A DNA stretch of 64,000 bases. It comes from Thecamonas trahens ATCC 50062 (lineage: Eukaryota; Protista; Apusomonadida). The stretch is from contig NW_013657632.1 of the NCBI RefSeq assembly GCF_000142905.1, positions 124,001 to 188,000 on the forward strand. Direction: 5' to 3'. This document shows, in pieces, positions 23,401 through 34,896 of this stretch (positions are counted from its first letter, which is position 1; the number at the start of each line of letters is the position of its first letter). The notes beneath the pieces were generated by a model that worked only from the letters and a program-made list of their open reading frames with translations, was not told the DNA's origin and did no database searches. Both the position numbers and the translations under genes were made by a program.

Positions 23401-26064
23401 CGCGCGAGATGGATTCCGCTGCTGGGACGGGTGCAAGATGCAGCATCGACGCTTGTCCGGTTGGTCATGCCGATTGTGGCGACCAACGCGCCCGAGGGGA
23501 CTGGAATTGACATGGGCGCAGCCGTGGCGGATGCTGCATTGGAGACTCACGAGGTGGAGGTGGCGACGGTGGCGTCGCAGACAACGCAGCACGTGATGGT
23601 CATGGTGTGGCGGGCGATGAAGGCGGCGACGGGGTTGCTCGGACAGATCGGCGCGGTTGGCGCGGTCCACAGCGTGGTGCCGGGCGAGCGGGTTGCGGCA
23701 CTTGGCGAGCTCTTTCAAGAAGTGCTTGTGCGTGTGCGGCACCGTGGTGCGACGGAGTTTGCGATGGAAGGCCTGGAGGTCATGGCGCACGCGCTTCTCT
23801 CGAACAAGTGCATTGCCAGCCTCCGTAGCCTGCCAAGCGAGTGGCTGGAGCGAGCACTGGAGGTCGTGGCATCACCTGCGACGGGGGCGTCGGTGACGCG
23901 GCGGTCGGCCGGTCTACCGTTCCTCTTCTTGGCGCTGCTGCGATCGGAGAATGGACGGAAGCGGCCACTGCTGTGCCGGGCGTTCGAAGGCCTGCTGGAC
24001 GTGGTCGAGGCGCCGCTGCCTCTCCACAAGCAAAGTGCAGACGCGGCGTTTGACGACGCGGGTGTACAGCCGCAGGTCCATGCATGGAACACGCTGCGGG
24101 CGCTTTTCCGCGAGTCGCAGTTTGGAATGGTTGCGGCTCGCTACCTCACGCGGGCTCTGCAGAACGTGATCGAGGGCTTCTCGTCGCCACGATGGGCCAT
24201 TCGCAACGTGTGCACACTCACGTTTTCTGCGCTGCTCGCGCGGTCTGTCGGCGCGAACAAGTGCCGTGATCAGACCGCGCGGGCCAACGCGATCGACGCG
24301 GGCGAGTTCTTTGCCCGGCACCCGCGGCTGGACGCCTACCTGCTGGAGCAGGTCGAGTCTGGCACGACTGCTCTGGAGAGCGGCGGCGGAATTGTCCTTG
24401 ACCCACGGCTGTATCCGGCGCTTGTGCTGCTCTCGCACCTGTTGCCGCCGCTGATGGAGCGTGCCGCGGCGAGCTCGATGGCGGCGTTCCGGCCGTTGCT
24501 TCAGCGGTGTGCGCGACTGCCCATCTACTCGGCGCGGGCGATGGCGGCGCGGGCCCTAGTCTCGACGGTGTCGACTGCCGAAGCGGCGGGTGTGGTGGCG
24601 CAGCTCTGGAGCGAAGCCGCGACGGCAACGTCGGGCAACACGCTCCATGGGCTTGTCCTCCAGATCCGAAGCGTGGCCGAGTTTGTGGCGAGCGGGCCGA
24701 GCGCAGCCGAGGCGAGCGCAGCGTTTGAAGCTGGCTTTGCGCAGTTCGGCCTGGCGCTGGCCAAGATGTCCGCGGTCGCACCGCTGGTCCGGGCAGAGGT
24801 GTTCCGGGCAGGTGAGGCACTGCTCGATCGATCGAGCGCGAGCTGGTGCCAGCTGGTGGAAGCCGGGACGGTGGAGCTGGAGGCCTGCGTGAGCGTGGCC
24901 ACACGGAGTGTGCCTGGATGGGCCACGACAATGGCTGCAGTGTCGCGAGTGGTCGCGCTCGGCACCGCGACGAGCGCCAAGGCCTGGTCGACGATCTTGG
25001 TGGGTCACGCGTGCTACGAGGTCCAGGGCGCGGCGTTGGACGTGCTACTGGAGGCTGGCAAGCACGGCATGCTTGAGAAGGCGAGCGTGGCAAACGCGCT
25101 CCTTGCTGCGGTCGGGCGCGATGGGGCATACCACGAGGTGCAGGCCAAGGCGCTGGAGGCTCTGAGCCGGGTTCCAGCCTCCGTGCTTGGCAGCATGCCG
25201 GACGCACTGGCGGTTGTGACCAGCGTGGCGGAGGACTCGCTCTTTACAGCTGTGCGGTCACAGTCATTTGTAGCGCTGTCGGCCGTGATTCGGGCGCGGG
25301 CCGAGGCCGGGCCGAGCGGAGTGGAGAGCGAGTCATGGGCGACATTTGTTCAACTCGGGCTGGAGCTCTCGTCACCCGACGCGGTCCCAGAGCAGCGGCT
25401 TGCTGTTTTGGTTGCCATCGAGGCGCTTGGCGAGCACGGGCGACCCTTGATTGCGGGCGCGCTCGGCAAAAGTGGCGGATGGGAGATTGCACTCACACTT
25501 GTGCACGATGACGCCGATGAGGTCCGGCCGCGTGCCGCCAGCGCTGTGTCGCAGCTTGTGTCACCAGGCGGAGCACCGACAAACCCACAGGTGGCTGCGA
25601 AGCGGTTCCTGGCGCAGGTTGCAGCAACGGCTGCAGAGAGCGGCGGCGAGGTGCTTGCGGCGTGGGCGGCTCTGGCGCGGAAGCTGATTGCGGCACCGGG
25701 CGAGGCTGTTTCCGACAGTCTCGGCGAGACGGTGTTTGTGGACGAGTCGGCAAACGAGTTCCGCGAGGCATGGACGGTTGCGGTGTCGACAGCTGAAGCG
25801 GTGCGTGCGAGTGGAACAAGCGCGGCGGTGTCGAGCGGGCTGCCTGGGCTGGACGCGATGGTTGCGGCAGCGCCGACAGCAGAGGCAAGCGCGGCAGCGG
25901 TGCTCTCATGGATGCTCCAGGGCGAAGTGGTGGCAATGACCGCTAGTGACGATGACGCGGCGTGGAAGGCAGCCGTGGCTGCGGTGCTGGCTGTGCCGCG
26001 TTACGGCGCGGCGGCACTAGACGCGGCGCGAGAGGGCGTTGATAGTGGAGAGGACCTGGAATGA
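20416..26064 (+). CDS. THADA: THADA/Trm732-like HEAT-repeat tRNA methylation cofactor
   Basis: DUF2428 motifs RHRGA, TRRSAGLPFLFLALL, QVHAWNTLRALFRES, WAIRN; 1882 aa; exact start uncertain. Confidence 0.88.
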   Translation: MNRVSTSTQRATPMVPAMTAAVAAAVAVAAAAGDDSTAATEWRAVAREVGGYAQVQTYKESIKWAKKVASLLRKAAAAGDAPDGWPQMLCAALASAQMLATSSTTHVAVWRGMLAVFPSDMVVDAVAAAALPMLADPAPSAEIAPSPGAASWAVSTMMRSLAPLPKWEAEFGELMTRLSGKGSGSLGVVAARGRAALEAALAAGSGGDAVAAADATNDVLAALGLADTLRSAGCEEEEEKDITRLALDVLAASDNCPVHALLVAGKLCLTSVLAEIDVCDAQATVLALLGTFWPSAENETPVSILPAVAPGAALSEKPFSVWPIPARVAMVRVLTTDVAPGVLGAELDDGATKTNLAFGYLLPEVLAALDAAYRESMQATTVAALGGLLAVVSLGREARETLGGLNVAAVRQVVETVFGLWSSVVPGVYGQARETLTTVLEVAAIKATAMPEWACEHESLMDELLAVTSALPWIGRGKPEALSAVVPHVGIDAVLAAEPEAMKRLFALACEANAPCGPSNAFVALAKARGTSEGCEAAWMLPLVEGLATTPAARRDNVIMRIVRPLVNKQPQVLARMLALAQQHDRYAEDWAAAEVVLMLASVGRKLNMFSVAELIELGHFPRELLFDFLTHADSSQIVEALSLVCATSKVTAEPSAFEYEAVLATLPAVVNTPGAKFVADYSAALAIFVKRSLSSLLSATRELASLLAFAGSAEAPPGVGVEQASALVARAQAAISFLCGLLKMVQSCFFPGSSHHRRGLAINIVHALLGQWFTRDKGSRTRAFDLFVASSGKLTDAVANGGSAAAVAVVTNSGLLTALESQPLSPQAVVDLVGGLDDQYDRNREDMASVLEAIEPELFAQRREVYAPLFTKLYADGWRRVLLASHRETSAGALTLGFVLRIGAAALGWNVHANGESSQPAAAVFGFVEASVLVLEEHLTRVEASSWEATLGGAALQGPLCVLSEIIRVLSSGPGRGGGSSASFMAQIGRDDNLRARWIPLLGRVQDAASTLVRLVMPIVATNAPEGTGIDMGAAVADAALETHEVEVATVASQTTQHVMVMVWRAMKAATGLLGQIGAVGAVHSVVPGERVAALGELFQEVLVRVRHRGATEFAMEGLEVMAHALLSNKCIASLRSLPSEWLERALEVVASPATGASVTRRSAGLPFLFLALLRSENGRKRPLLCRAFEGLLDVVEAPLPLHKQSADAAFDDAGVQPQVHAWNTLRALFRESQFGMVAARYLTRALQNVIEGFSSPRWAIRNVCTLTFSALLARSVGANKCRDQTARANAIDAGEFFARHPRLDAYLLEQVESGTTALESGGGIVLDPRLYPALVLLSHLLPPLMERAAASSMAAFRPLLQRCARLPIYSARAMAARALVSTVSTAEAAGVVAQLWSEAATATSGNTLHGLVLQIRSVAEFVASGPSAAEASAAFEAGFAQFGLALAKMSAVAPLVRAEVFRAGEALLDRSSASWCQLVEAGTVELEACVSVATRSVPGWATTMAAVSRVVALGTATSAKAWSTILVGHACYEVQGAALDVLLEAGKHGMLEKASVANALLAAVGRDGAYHEVQAKALEALSRVPASVLGSMPDALAVVTSVAEDSLFTAVRSQSFVALSAVIRARAEAGPSGVESESWATFVQLGLELSSPDAVPEQRLAVLVAIEALGEHGRPLIAGALGKSGGWEIALTLVHDDADEVRPRAASAVSQLVSPGGAPTNPQVAAKRFLAQVAATAAESGGEVLAAWAALARKLIAAPGEAVSDSLGETVFVDESANEFREAWTVAVSTAEAVRASGTSAAVSSGLPGLDAMVAAAPTAEASAAAVLSWMLQGEVVAMTASDDDAAWKAAVAAVLAVPRYGAAALDAAREGVDSGEDLE

Positions 26065-27081
26065 AAAGACGAGGTGTGGAGTGTCGGGCTTGGGAAGATC
26101 GTCGGTGCCGTAGAGGAACTGGTGGATGCGCTTGGAGGAGAGGCGCGTGCGTACTTTGAGGTCGCCCTTGGTGACGGGGCCGGCATCGCCGAGCTCGGGG
26201 ATGGCGTCGTAGAGCGAGGGCGTGTAGTTGAGCCAGGCTGTGAGCGACTTGAGCAGCGAGGCACGGTCATCGTCGACAGAGGCGTCGATGGCGCGCTCGT
26301 CACACGTTGTGCGGAGGTCATGAAGAGTGAGCGGCGGGATATCGTCCGAGTCGTCCATCATGGTGTCTGCGAGCAGGACGTCCTCCAGCTCGAGCTGGGC
26401 GTACTTTGCAGCGAGAGCAGCCTCCAGCCGCGGGCGCGAGAGGAAACGGGTGCGGAGCGAAGAGATACCAGCGTACTGGGCGGCTAGTGGGAGTAGCGAG
26501 TCCGGAAGGGTATCAAAGGTCAGCCTCGCCTGCGATGCCTCCGGGAGCGAGGCGAGGGCGGCGGCGAGCTTGGCCGGCGAGGCAAAAGCACCGGCCTGGG
26601 CGGCGAAGACCAGGTCTGCGACGGCGCGATCCGAGGTAGCCGCGCCACGAAAGTAGGCCGCGATGGGCGAGGCACAGCGGGAACGAAGCTTGGCGTGGGC
26701 GGCGTAGACGGTGGCGGCTTGGGCCTCTGTCAGAAAGGTCGACGGGAGGAAGGAGGGCATGAGCTTGGCCAAGGCCGGGACGAGGATCAAGCCACCGGGC
26801 GCATTGAGGACAATCAGAAAGGGAAGCAGGGCCCGCAGATCGGCATTGTTCCGCTTGATGGCCTCGAGTTGGTGCCAGGAAAGACTACGCGCGCCATCGG
26901 CCGAGGCCTTGAGCGCCCGCCGAGCCGGGCGGCTTGCCTGAGTCTCGCGATACAAGCTCACCAGCCCGCGCCACATCTCGCTCAGAGCCTCCTTGGCACC
27001 GGAGAGCTGGCGCTGGATGGTAGTGCCGAGGGCACGGCTGGCAGTCGCTGTTGTGATGGTCCGCCTTCCTGCCGCGAGCAT
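26017..27081 (-). CDS. LETM1/LETMD1-like mitochondrial protein
   Basis: Presequence-like N-terminus; LSWHQLEAIKRNNADLRALLPFLIV...LMPSFLPSTF; LELEDVLL...LTLHDLRTTCDERAI. Confidence 0.8.
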   Translation of the reverse strand: MLAAGRRTITTATASRALGTTIQRQLSGAKEALSEMWRGLVSLYRETQASRPARRALKASADGARSLSWHQLEAIKRNNADLRALLPFLIVLNAPGGLILVPALAKLMPSFLPSTFLTEAQAATVYAAHAKLRSRCASPIAAYFRGAATSDRAVADLVFAAQAGAFASPAKLAAALASLPEASQARLTFDTLPDSLLPLAAQYAGISSLRTRFLSRPRLEAALAAKYAQLELEDVLLADTMMDDSDDIPPLTLHDLRTTCDERAIDASVDDDRASLLKSLTAWLNYTPSLYDAIPELGDAGPVTKGDLKVRTRLSSKRIHQFLYGTDDLPKPDTPHLVFSFQVLSTINALSRRV

Positions 27082-27225
27082 GGTGTCTGTAGGAGGCTCC
27101 GGTGGAGTGGGGTGTCACACCCGGGGGCGCGGGTGGTTGACGCGTTTGGGACATTGGCCTGCTGCCGTGCCGACCTTTGGCTAGCGTTAGAGGGTGGAGA
27201 CGAGCTTTTGACAACGTGGGGTTGG

Positions 27226-28505
27226 CTAGGTGAGGGCGGCAAGCTTCTCCTTGAGGGCGGCGACCTGCTTGAGGAGACGCATGCGGATCATCGGGTTGCC
27301 AGCAGCGCCTGCCTTGCGCTCGAGATCGGCAATGTTGGTACGAAGGGCGGTGGCCTCGGCCGATTCGACAACTGCGGGCGCAGCAGGGGCGGTGGCGGGA
27401 GCCGGCGCAGCTGGTGTAGGCGCGGGAGCGAGTGCAGGACCACCCGCAGGGCTCGGAATGACTGGCGTGGTCGACTCGGGTGTGCCGATTGTGGGCGTGG
27501 CCGACGTGGCCGCGGCAGCAAACGGGCGAGCAGGCTGTGGGGTGGCTGTGGCACTGGGTGCCGATTGCGGAAGAGGTGCGACGTCCATCGGGGCCAGATT
27601 TGTGGCCGGTATGGCGGGTGCCGCAACCGAGTGATGGCTCGGGAGGGTGGTGGGAGCGAACGGGTTGGAAGCGGGGGGCGGTGTGGGGGCAAACGGGTTG
27701 GCGGCAGCGGGAGGCGCGGCGGCGGTGCCCAAGCCCACAGCGGGCTGGTGAGCGGGCGCGGTGTGAGCCGACGGCGGCGAAAGCCCTGGCTGCACAGGAG
27801 CGGCAGCGTGCACCTGAGATGCAGCAAGAGCAGGAGCTGAGGCAGGCGGCATGGCCTGAGCCTGCGCGCGCTCGCGCTCACGCGCCATGGCAAGGGCGAT
27901 CTCGGGCGGAATATAGACAGCGCCAACGCCGTCGTAAATGATCGAGTCTTCGCCCTCGGAGAGAATAAAGGCGCTGCCGAGCTCGTTCGAACTGGGGTTC
28001 GGAAGCTTGATGCGGAGGATGATGCGCGAGGTGGTGAGCGGGGTGGCGTAGTGGGTGTGCCAGCCTACCTGGTCGTTGACGTCGTATGACTCGGTAAACT
28101 CGACACCGTACTCATCAAACTCGTCGGCATCGACAACCTCGATCTTGTAGCCCTTGATACGCTCATAGCGGATGATGTCGTCGACGCGCTCCTTGATCTG
28201 GATGGCCTTGCGCCAGGTGGTCGACCGGCCGAGGGTGTCAAACCGGGTACGGATGTCCTGCGTGGGCGGGGTGATGCCCGAGCGAAGTAACGAGCCACGG
28301 ATCTGATCGGCAGCCTTTGACGGGCGAGCGTGGACCAGCAGCGCCTGACCCACATCCGCCGTCTTGTACAGCATCCGCTTGTCGTGGGTGCGGAATGTCT
28401 CGACATTGCACGGCAAATTGACCATCGATGCATCATAAACTTCACGCGGTCCGCCTTCAGCCGATCGATCGTATACAAACCGAGCCTCCTTGGCCTCCTC
28501 GTCGA
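27226..28505 (-). CDS. TAF7: TFIID subunit TAF7-like protein (5' exon missing, probably in or near the gap)
   Basis: TAFII55_N motifs ASMVNLPCNVETFRTHDKRMLYKTADVGQALL and SGITPP; candidate acceptor TGCAG next to 28505. Confidence 0.8.
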
Positions 28506-28717
28506 CTGCACCACAGGACATGACATGATGATGAGACGGGATGTGAGTTTGGGGTGGGTCGGTGGGTGGCGTCCCGACATGGCGGCTACCGAGGGGGAAG
28601 GGGGGGGGGGGAGGGAGGGAGCGAGGGGGAAGAGAGGGAGGGAGGAGGGGCATGGGGTATGTGTGCAGGTGTGTAGGGGTGGGTGGGTGCCCCTCTGTTT
28701 CCCCCCTGAAGTGCCCC

Positions 28718-28817
28718 NNNNNNNNNNNNNNNNNNNNNNNNNNNNNNNNNNNNNNNNNNNNNNNNNNNNNNNNNNNNNNNNNNNNNNNNNNNNNNNNNNN
28801 NNNNNNNNNNNNNNNNN
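28718..28817. other. Assembly gap (100 N)
   Basis: Run of N. Confidence 1.
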
Positions 28818-28935
28818 ACCCGTACCGTACCTCCTCCCCTACCCCCCCCACCCCCCCCTCCCACCCTACCCCCACCCCCCCACCCCCTCTTTCCTACAGG
28901 GATACAGCTTACCTCGCCATTTGCTGTCCGTGTGT

Positions 28936-31900
28936 ATGGCCATGCAGGGCTCAGGGCATGATCCCTACTCGCTGTTTGACGCAGAGCGTGCTGTCCTCGT
29001 CGCCGCCCCGCCGTCGTTTGTCGTCTTTGGCCCGCCCGGTGCAGGAAAGTCAGAGCTGGCCGCTCGGCTAGCTGGTCAGTATGGCCTGGTTCACATCCAA
29101 ATGGACTCGCTCATCACAGACGCCCTGGCTGCTGCTCGAGACGCCGCTCGAAAGACAGAGCGTGACGCCCGCAAGGCTGAGAAGGCTGCTCGCAAGGCTG
29201 CTCGCAAGGCCGCTCGCCGAGCACGCAGGCGGAAGAAGCACCGCACGGCGACCGAACCGGACGGAGAGGTCGATGGAAGCGCCGAAGATGGGGGCACAGA
29301 GACTGGCGTCGAGACTGGCGCTGAGACTGGCACAGAGACTGGCACAGAGACTGGCGCCGGGACCGGCGCCGAGCCTTTCGCAGCGACCGGAGCTGAGAGC
29401 GGCGCGGATGCTCCGGAAGAGTCGCCAATGACCGGCCTCAATGCCCGGGTTATGGACGCGCTGCTCTCTGGCGGCGCAGTGACTGCCGACGACGCGCTGC
29501 TGCTGCTGCGGAGAGCGTTGGCGGCGCCGACAGTTGCGTTTCGTGGATATGTGCTCGACGGCGTGCCGTCGTCCGAGGCCGAGCTGGCTGCTCTCGACTC
29601 GTGGGGCGTCCGTCCCGAGTACGTTGTTCGGCTGGAGACGCCACTGGCCGATGTTAAGCCGCGAATCGAGGGCATCAAGGTCGACCCGGTAACCGGCCAC
29701 CGGTTCTCGGTCCTCCAGCTCAACCCGCCTAAGCCGCTGCCCAAAACTCTGGGCTCTCGGCGGAAGGACAAGCGGATGATGGAGCGGGTGGTCCGAACCA
29801 ACCCACTCCTCCACCCTCCGGTCCGCACCATGCCTGGCGCGCCCGAGCGCGACGAGTATGACGAGAGGCCAGCCAGCGGCTTTCTCTCCGAGGGTGAGAC
29901 TGGAAGCGGCGACGACGAGGAGTACGCAGACGACGACGGATACTATGACGACGAGTATGAAGAGGCCGCGTCGGCACTAGGCAGACGAGCGACGCCAGGC
30001 GCAGGCTTTGATGACGATTACGACGAGTCAATGGATACGGCGGCGGTGGCCGAGGCCGAAGCCGCAGGCAAGCTCACCGACCGCGTCCGCGAGCGACTGC
30101 TCGACGCACCCGAAGTCCTGGGCGTGGACGTGGCTGACTCGTACGAGTACTACGCATCGACCATGCTGCCTTGGATTGAGTCGTACATCGAGCCATACGC
30201 GGCTAAGAACCCCGACAAGCTGCTCAGGCTGGACGGTAGTCTGCAGCCGGCGGTCATCTTTGAGCACCTGGTCCAGGTTCTTGACCGTGTTCCGCTCGCT
30301 CCGGTTGTCACGCCTGTCAAGCTGGAGGTGCCGGACGACTTTGGCTCGTACGCTCGCCAGGACCAACTCGACATGCTGACTTCGCTCGACCTCGACGACG
30401 ACGCGCCGCTCCGCACACTCTCACGGTGGGGTACGTACTGCCCCGTTGCGCTGCGCGAGGACAAGGCCATGATCGACCGCGTCATGGAGTTTCCGGTCTC
30501 GTACCGCAACAAGCTTTACTTTACCTCGTCGCGTCGGGCCCGGCACAAGTTCCTCCTTAACCCCAACAACTACCTCGATGCCCCTCCCGAGGTCTTTGGC
30601 CTCAAGATTGCCGTTCTCGGCCCGCCGCTCTCTGGTAAGTCGACTCAGGCGGCTCGGCTTGCCGACCATTATGCGCTCAAGCACATTTCAGTCGACGAGC
30701 TTGTCACGGCCGAGCTGGCAGAGGGTACCTCCAAGATGGCGACCAAGCTCCGCGAGACGCTGGCCAACGGCGGCACCGTTGCCCCAGACGTTTACGTCGA
30801 GCTCATTGCTCGCGCGCTCGGCAGGGCCACCTCGGAGACTCCGGATGTGCCCGAAGACGCTGCCTTGCCACCTGACGCCGGCCTAGACCCCGTCATCTCT
30901 GGTGACTTTGCCACACCACGCGGCGGGGACGAGGGCGAGGACGATGCCGACGAGTACGAGTACGATCGTGTGTCGCCCGACGACGACTACGACGACTACG
31001 AGGATGAGTATGGCGACGAGTACGGCGACGAGTACGGCGACGAGTACGGCGACGAGGCCGACGGCGAACGCAGCGAGTACGAAGATTATGAGGCGTACGA
31101 GTACGAGGACGAGTTTGGCATCGCCGCTGCCACTGCTAGCGGGCCTGGGGCGGCAAGCACCCAGGTCGAGGAGTCGACTGCCGTCTCTGCCGGCTGGGTT
31201 CTCGATGGCTTCCCGCAGACCGTGGAGCAGCTGGAAGCGCTGGTCGGGCGCGGCATTCTGCCAACCAACGTAATCGTTCTCGAGGCTGCTGGGCGTGACG
31301 ACGAGTCGGACTCTGGCGAGGCTGCGCTATTTGAGCGGGCGACCCGGCTTGGAACGCACGTGGTGACCGGCGAGCTTGTGCCTCAATCACCGCGAACCAG
31401 TGCCCCCAACCGACACTAGACTCTGAGTCTGAGAGCGAGTCTGAGTTCTCGGACGCCATGCCGTTTTCGTTTGTCGCCGAGCCGATGGCGGTGCCAATCT
31501 CGCGCCGGAGTGAGGGCGGCGGACAGGACTGGGCCACCGGGCGGCTGCCCGAAGTTCTGGGGCTGGCGTCGCTCGAGGCGCAGCTCGAGTCGTTCCAGAC
31601 GCGGCTGCCGGACGTGCTGGAGGCGCTGGACGAGCTCGAGCTGGACGATGAAGCCAGCCGACCGGTGGTAGAGACGGTCAACTGCGTCGACGGGCCAGAC
31701 ACGGTCTTTGGCTCGATCCTGCAGCTGGTGGATCCGTTTGTGGAAGTCCCGCGTGACGCGGCGTTTGAGGACTTTGTGCACCTCGACGAGTTTGGTCTGC
31801 GGTCCGAGCCTGGCTCCGACGCCGACTCGGAGTTGGGCTCAGTCGCGTCGCTTGCGGCCGGCTCGGACGCCGAGCCCGTCGAGTACGTCGACTATGGCGA

Positions 31901-34888
31901 TACCGGGCGGTTCTGCCCGTGTGAGCTGGCCAAGAATGGCCAGCTTGCTCGCGGCTTTGACTCGCTGGCTCTCTCGTACCAGGACAAGCTCTACCTGTTT
32001 TCTGATGAGCGGTCGCTGGAAAACTTCCGGGCCAACCCGTCGTTGTACCTTCCGCATGTGGAGCGGCCGAAGATTCCACCGCCGCGGTTTGTGCTCGTCG
32101 GCCCCGAGGGTGCCGGCAAGACGACACTGGGGCGGGAGTTGGCGACTCAGTTTGGTCTTCCTGTCGTCTCACTTGTCGCCGTGGCGACCAAGGTCATCAA
32201 CGAGCCAACCGAAGCCGTGGCCGACCTCAACAGGCGCTGGTCGACATTGTGCGTCCGCCCAAGGACTACTCGGACGACGAGTACGAGTACGGCGAGGGCC
32301 GGCCGGCGGGCGGGTACTCGGATGACGGCCAGTCTGGCGACGGCGAGTACGACGACGGCTACGAGTACGATGACGAGAAGCCAGCTCGCGGCGCGTCGCC
32401 TGCGCTGGACACTCTGCCGCTTGGAGGCCGCGGAATTTCGCCGCTGCCGCCGGTCCTCGGCGGACCGGACGAGCTTGGTGGCAGCTCCAAGGCCGGAAAG
32501 GAGAAGGTGGAAGTGACTGAGGCCGAGGTGGTGGCCACGCTGAGCGAGCTTGGTGCCGAGGTGATGACGCTGCTTTTGCGGCATGCGCTCAACTCAGACG
32601 ATGCAGTGGGCGCAACCGGTTATGTGCTGGACGGCATGCCGCTGACGCTCGACGCGGCCGAGGCGCTGCTCAAGTGCGGGGCGCGGCCGGATGTGGTGCT
32701 GGCATGCGTGATCGAGGAGCGCGCGCTGCTCAAGCGCGCTTTCGAGCCGCCGGCGCCGCCGACGCCCAAGCCTGCGCGCGAGAGCGCCGGAGGCGATGGC
32801 TACGACGACGGCTACGGCGAGGACTACGACGACGAGTACGACGCCGAGGCGCGCCATGCTGAGGTTGTGGAAGAGGCGCGAGCGGCGTTCCTCACAAAGG
32901 CTGACGACGAGCTCAATGCCATGTTCGAGGTGCTCGACGAACTCAAGGCTGCCAACGTGCATGTGGAGGAGGTGGAGATGTCGCGCCGGGCCTCGGCACT
33001 GGTGGCGACAGCCAAACGGGTGCTGGCGCCTTTTACCGAGGCTCGCACCTCGCTGCTCGAGTCTGTACGGCCGGTGCGGCGGGCCGAGGCAAACCGGCTC
33101 CTCTCCGAGGGCCGACGTGCCCTCTCCAAGTTTGGCCTCTTTTGCCCAGTCAAGCTCATGGAGGACTCGTCGGTCCTGCTGCCCGGCCGCAAGCACCCTC
33201 TTGTCTACCGCGGGCATGTGTACTACTGCTCGTCGAGCGAGGCAGCGCGCAAGTTTATTGCGCACCCGGTCAAGTACGTCTCGCAGCCGCCTCCGCCGCT
33301 GATGCTGCCGACGACGTGGGCGCGGCCGCGGGTGGCCATCATCGGGCCGGACAAGTCGGGGCGATCGTATCTGGCAAAGCGGCTTGAGCGCGAGCTGGGC
33401 ATGGTGCGGCTGTCGATGGGCGAGGTGCTGCGGCGGGTGCTCAAGCTGCGGTCGTCGCTGGCCGATGCGGTGCGCGCCAAGCTGGAGGCCGGCGAGGCAG
33501 TGCCGGACGCGTTGTGCGTGGATGCGCTCGCTGCAGTGGTGCACCAGCACCCCGCTGACACCTACGGATGGGTTCTCGACGGATTCCCCAGCTCGCGAGT
33601 GCAGATGGAGCTGATGGAGGCGGCCGGAGTCACGCCCGGCCTGCTCTTCTCACTCCACCTCGATGAGGAGACAGTGCTCGCGCGAACGGCCGAGGCGCGC
33701 AACGACCCCGGCCGGCCGCATGCGGCGTTTGACTCGCAGGCGGTGGTGTCGTCGCGGTACCAGGCTTTTGTGGCCGAGGTGGAGGCGTTGGAGTCGCACT
33801 ACGCGCACACGTATCTCAACATGGTGGTCATGGATGGCTCGACGTCCAAGTGGGCGCTGTGGGACTCGCTGCGGTCGACGCTTGTCGCCAACGTGGCCCG
33901 GCGGCAGGCGTACTTGCAGGCGATGAAACTCGACCGGGCCGCACCCGCCGGTGGGCTCAACTTTACGGACTTTGACACTGGGACCGGGGCATGGGGCAAC
34001 TATTGCGTGGTGTGCCTTGGCGACGCTGCCGAGCTGCGCGACATGGGCCTCGGCCCGGCAGCCTCTGAGTTTATTGCGTCGTACAAGGGCGAGTACTACA
34101 AGCACTGCACGGCGGCGCATCTCGAGGCCTTCATCAGCGACCCGGAAAAGTACCTGGCACACCCGCTGCCATCGCCGCTGCCCAAGGCGCTGAGCGCAGC
34201 CGAGGGCAGCGTGCTGAGCAACCAGCAGCTCGAGCTGCACGGCTTTTGCGCGGTTACGTACGCAGGCGGGCCCAAGGGCCTGGCTTACCTCCAGGCGCGG
34301 GCCGGCAAGGCCGGGCAAGGCTACACCGAAACCATCGTGCCGGGATCGCGGGAGTTTGCGGTCAAGTACGGCGACGCGTACTACGTGTTTGTCGACGAGG
34401 AGGCACGGACCAAGTTTATGCGTAAGCCGACGCTGTATGTCGACCTTGCGCTGCCGGCCAAGCTTCCGCCCGATGGCCCGCGATTCGACGAGCTCTCACA
34501 GAAGGAGCAGGCCCAGCTGCTGGGCAAGCTGCCGATGCTTGGCTTTATGGAGCAGCACCTTGGCCCGCTGCTCAACCAGGCCCTGGAGGCTGTGGGCGAG
34601 GCGAGACCGCTGTACCCCAAGCGGAGCGCGAGAGCGTCGGCCTTGCACTACCTCGCACTCACGCTGAGGGCGAACAACCCGAATGCGACTGAGTTTGTGC
34701 GCTCCAAGTACGCTGGCATGCTTGACGAGTTTGAGCGCGGCTGCGCCCTAACCTCGTATCTGGCAGCCCACCATCCTTACGCTGACTCGCCGGTGCCAGA
34801 TGAGAGCACTGCTGATCTTGTTGGCGACGGGGTGAGCCACGCCGAACGACTTGCGGCGTATGACGCCCTTCTTGAGCAGGAGAAGTAA
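28936..34888 (+). CDS. AK9: Adenylate kinase 9-like multi-domain nucleotide kinase, ~1984 aa (frame breaks near 31405 and 32230)
   Basis: P-loops GPPGAGKS, GPPLSGKS, GPEGAGKT and degenerate GPDKSGRS; YVLDG/WVLDGFP motifs; YHS-like modules (YCPV, FCPC, FCPV, YCVV, FCAV); C-terminal LPMLGFMEQ...LRANNP. Confidence 0.9.
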
Positions 34889-34896
34889 ACTGCGTG

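Noticed and set aside
11936-34888. Calling the frame-broken genes pseudogenes
   Set aside because: Catalytic and binding motifs are intact, there are no scattered in-frame stops, and single-base repairs give full-length proteins
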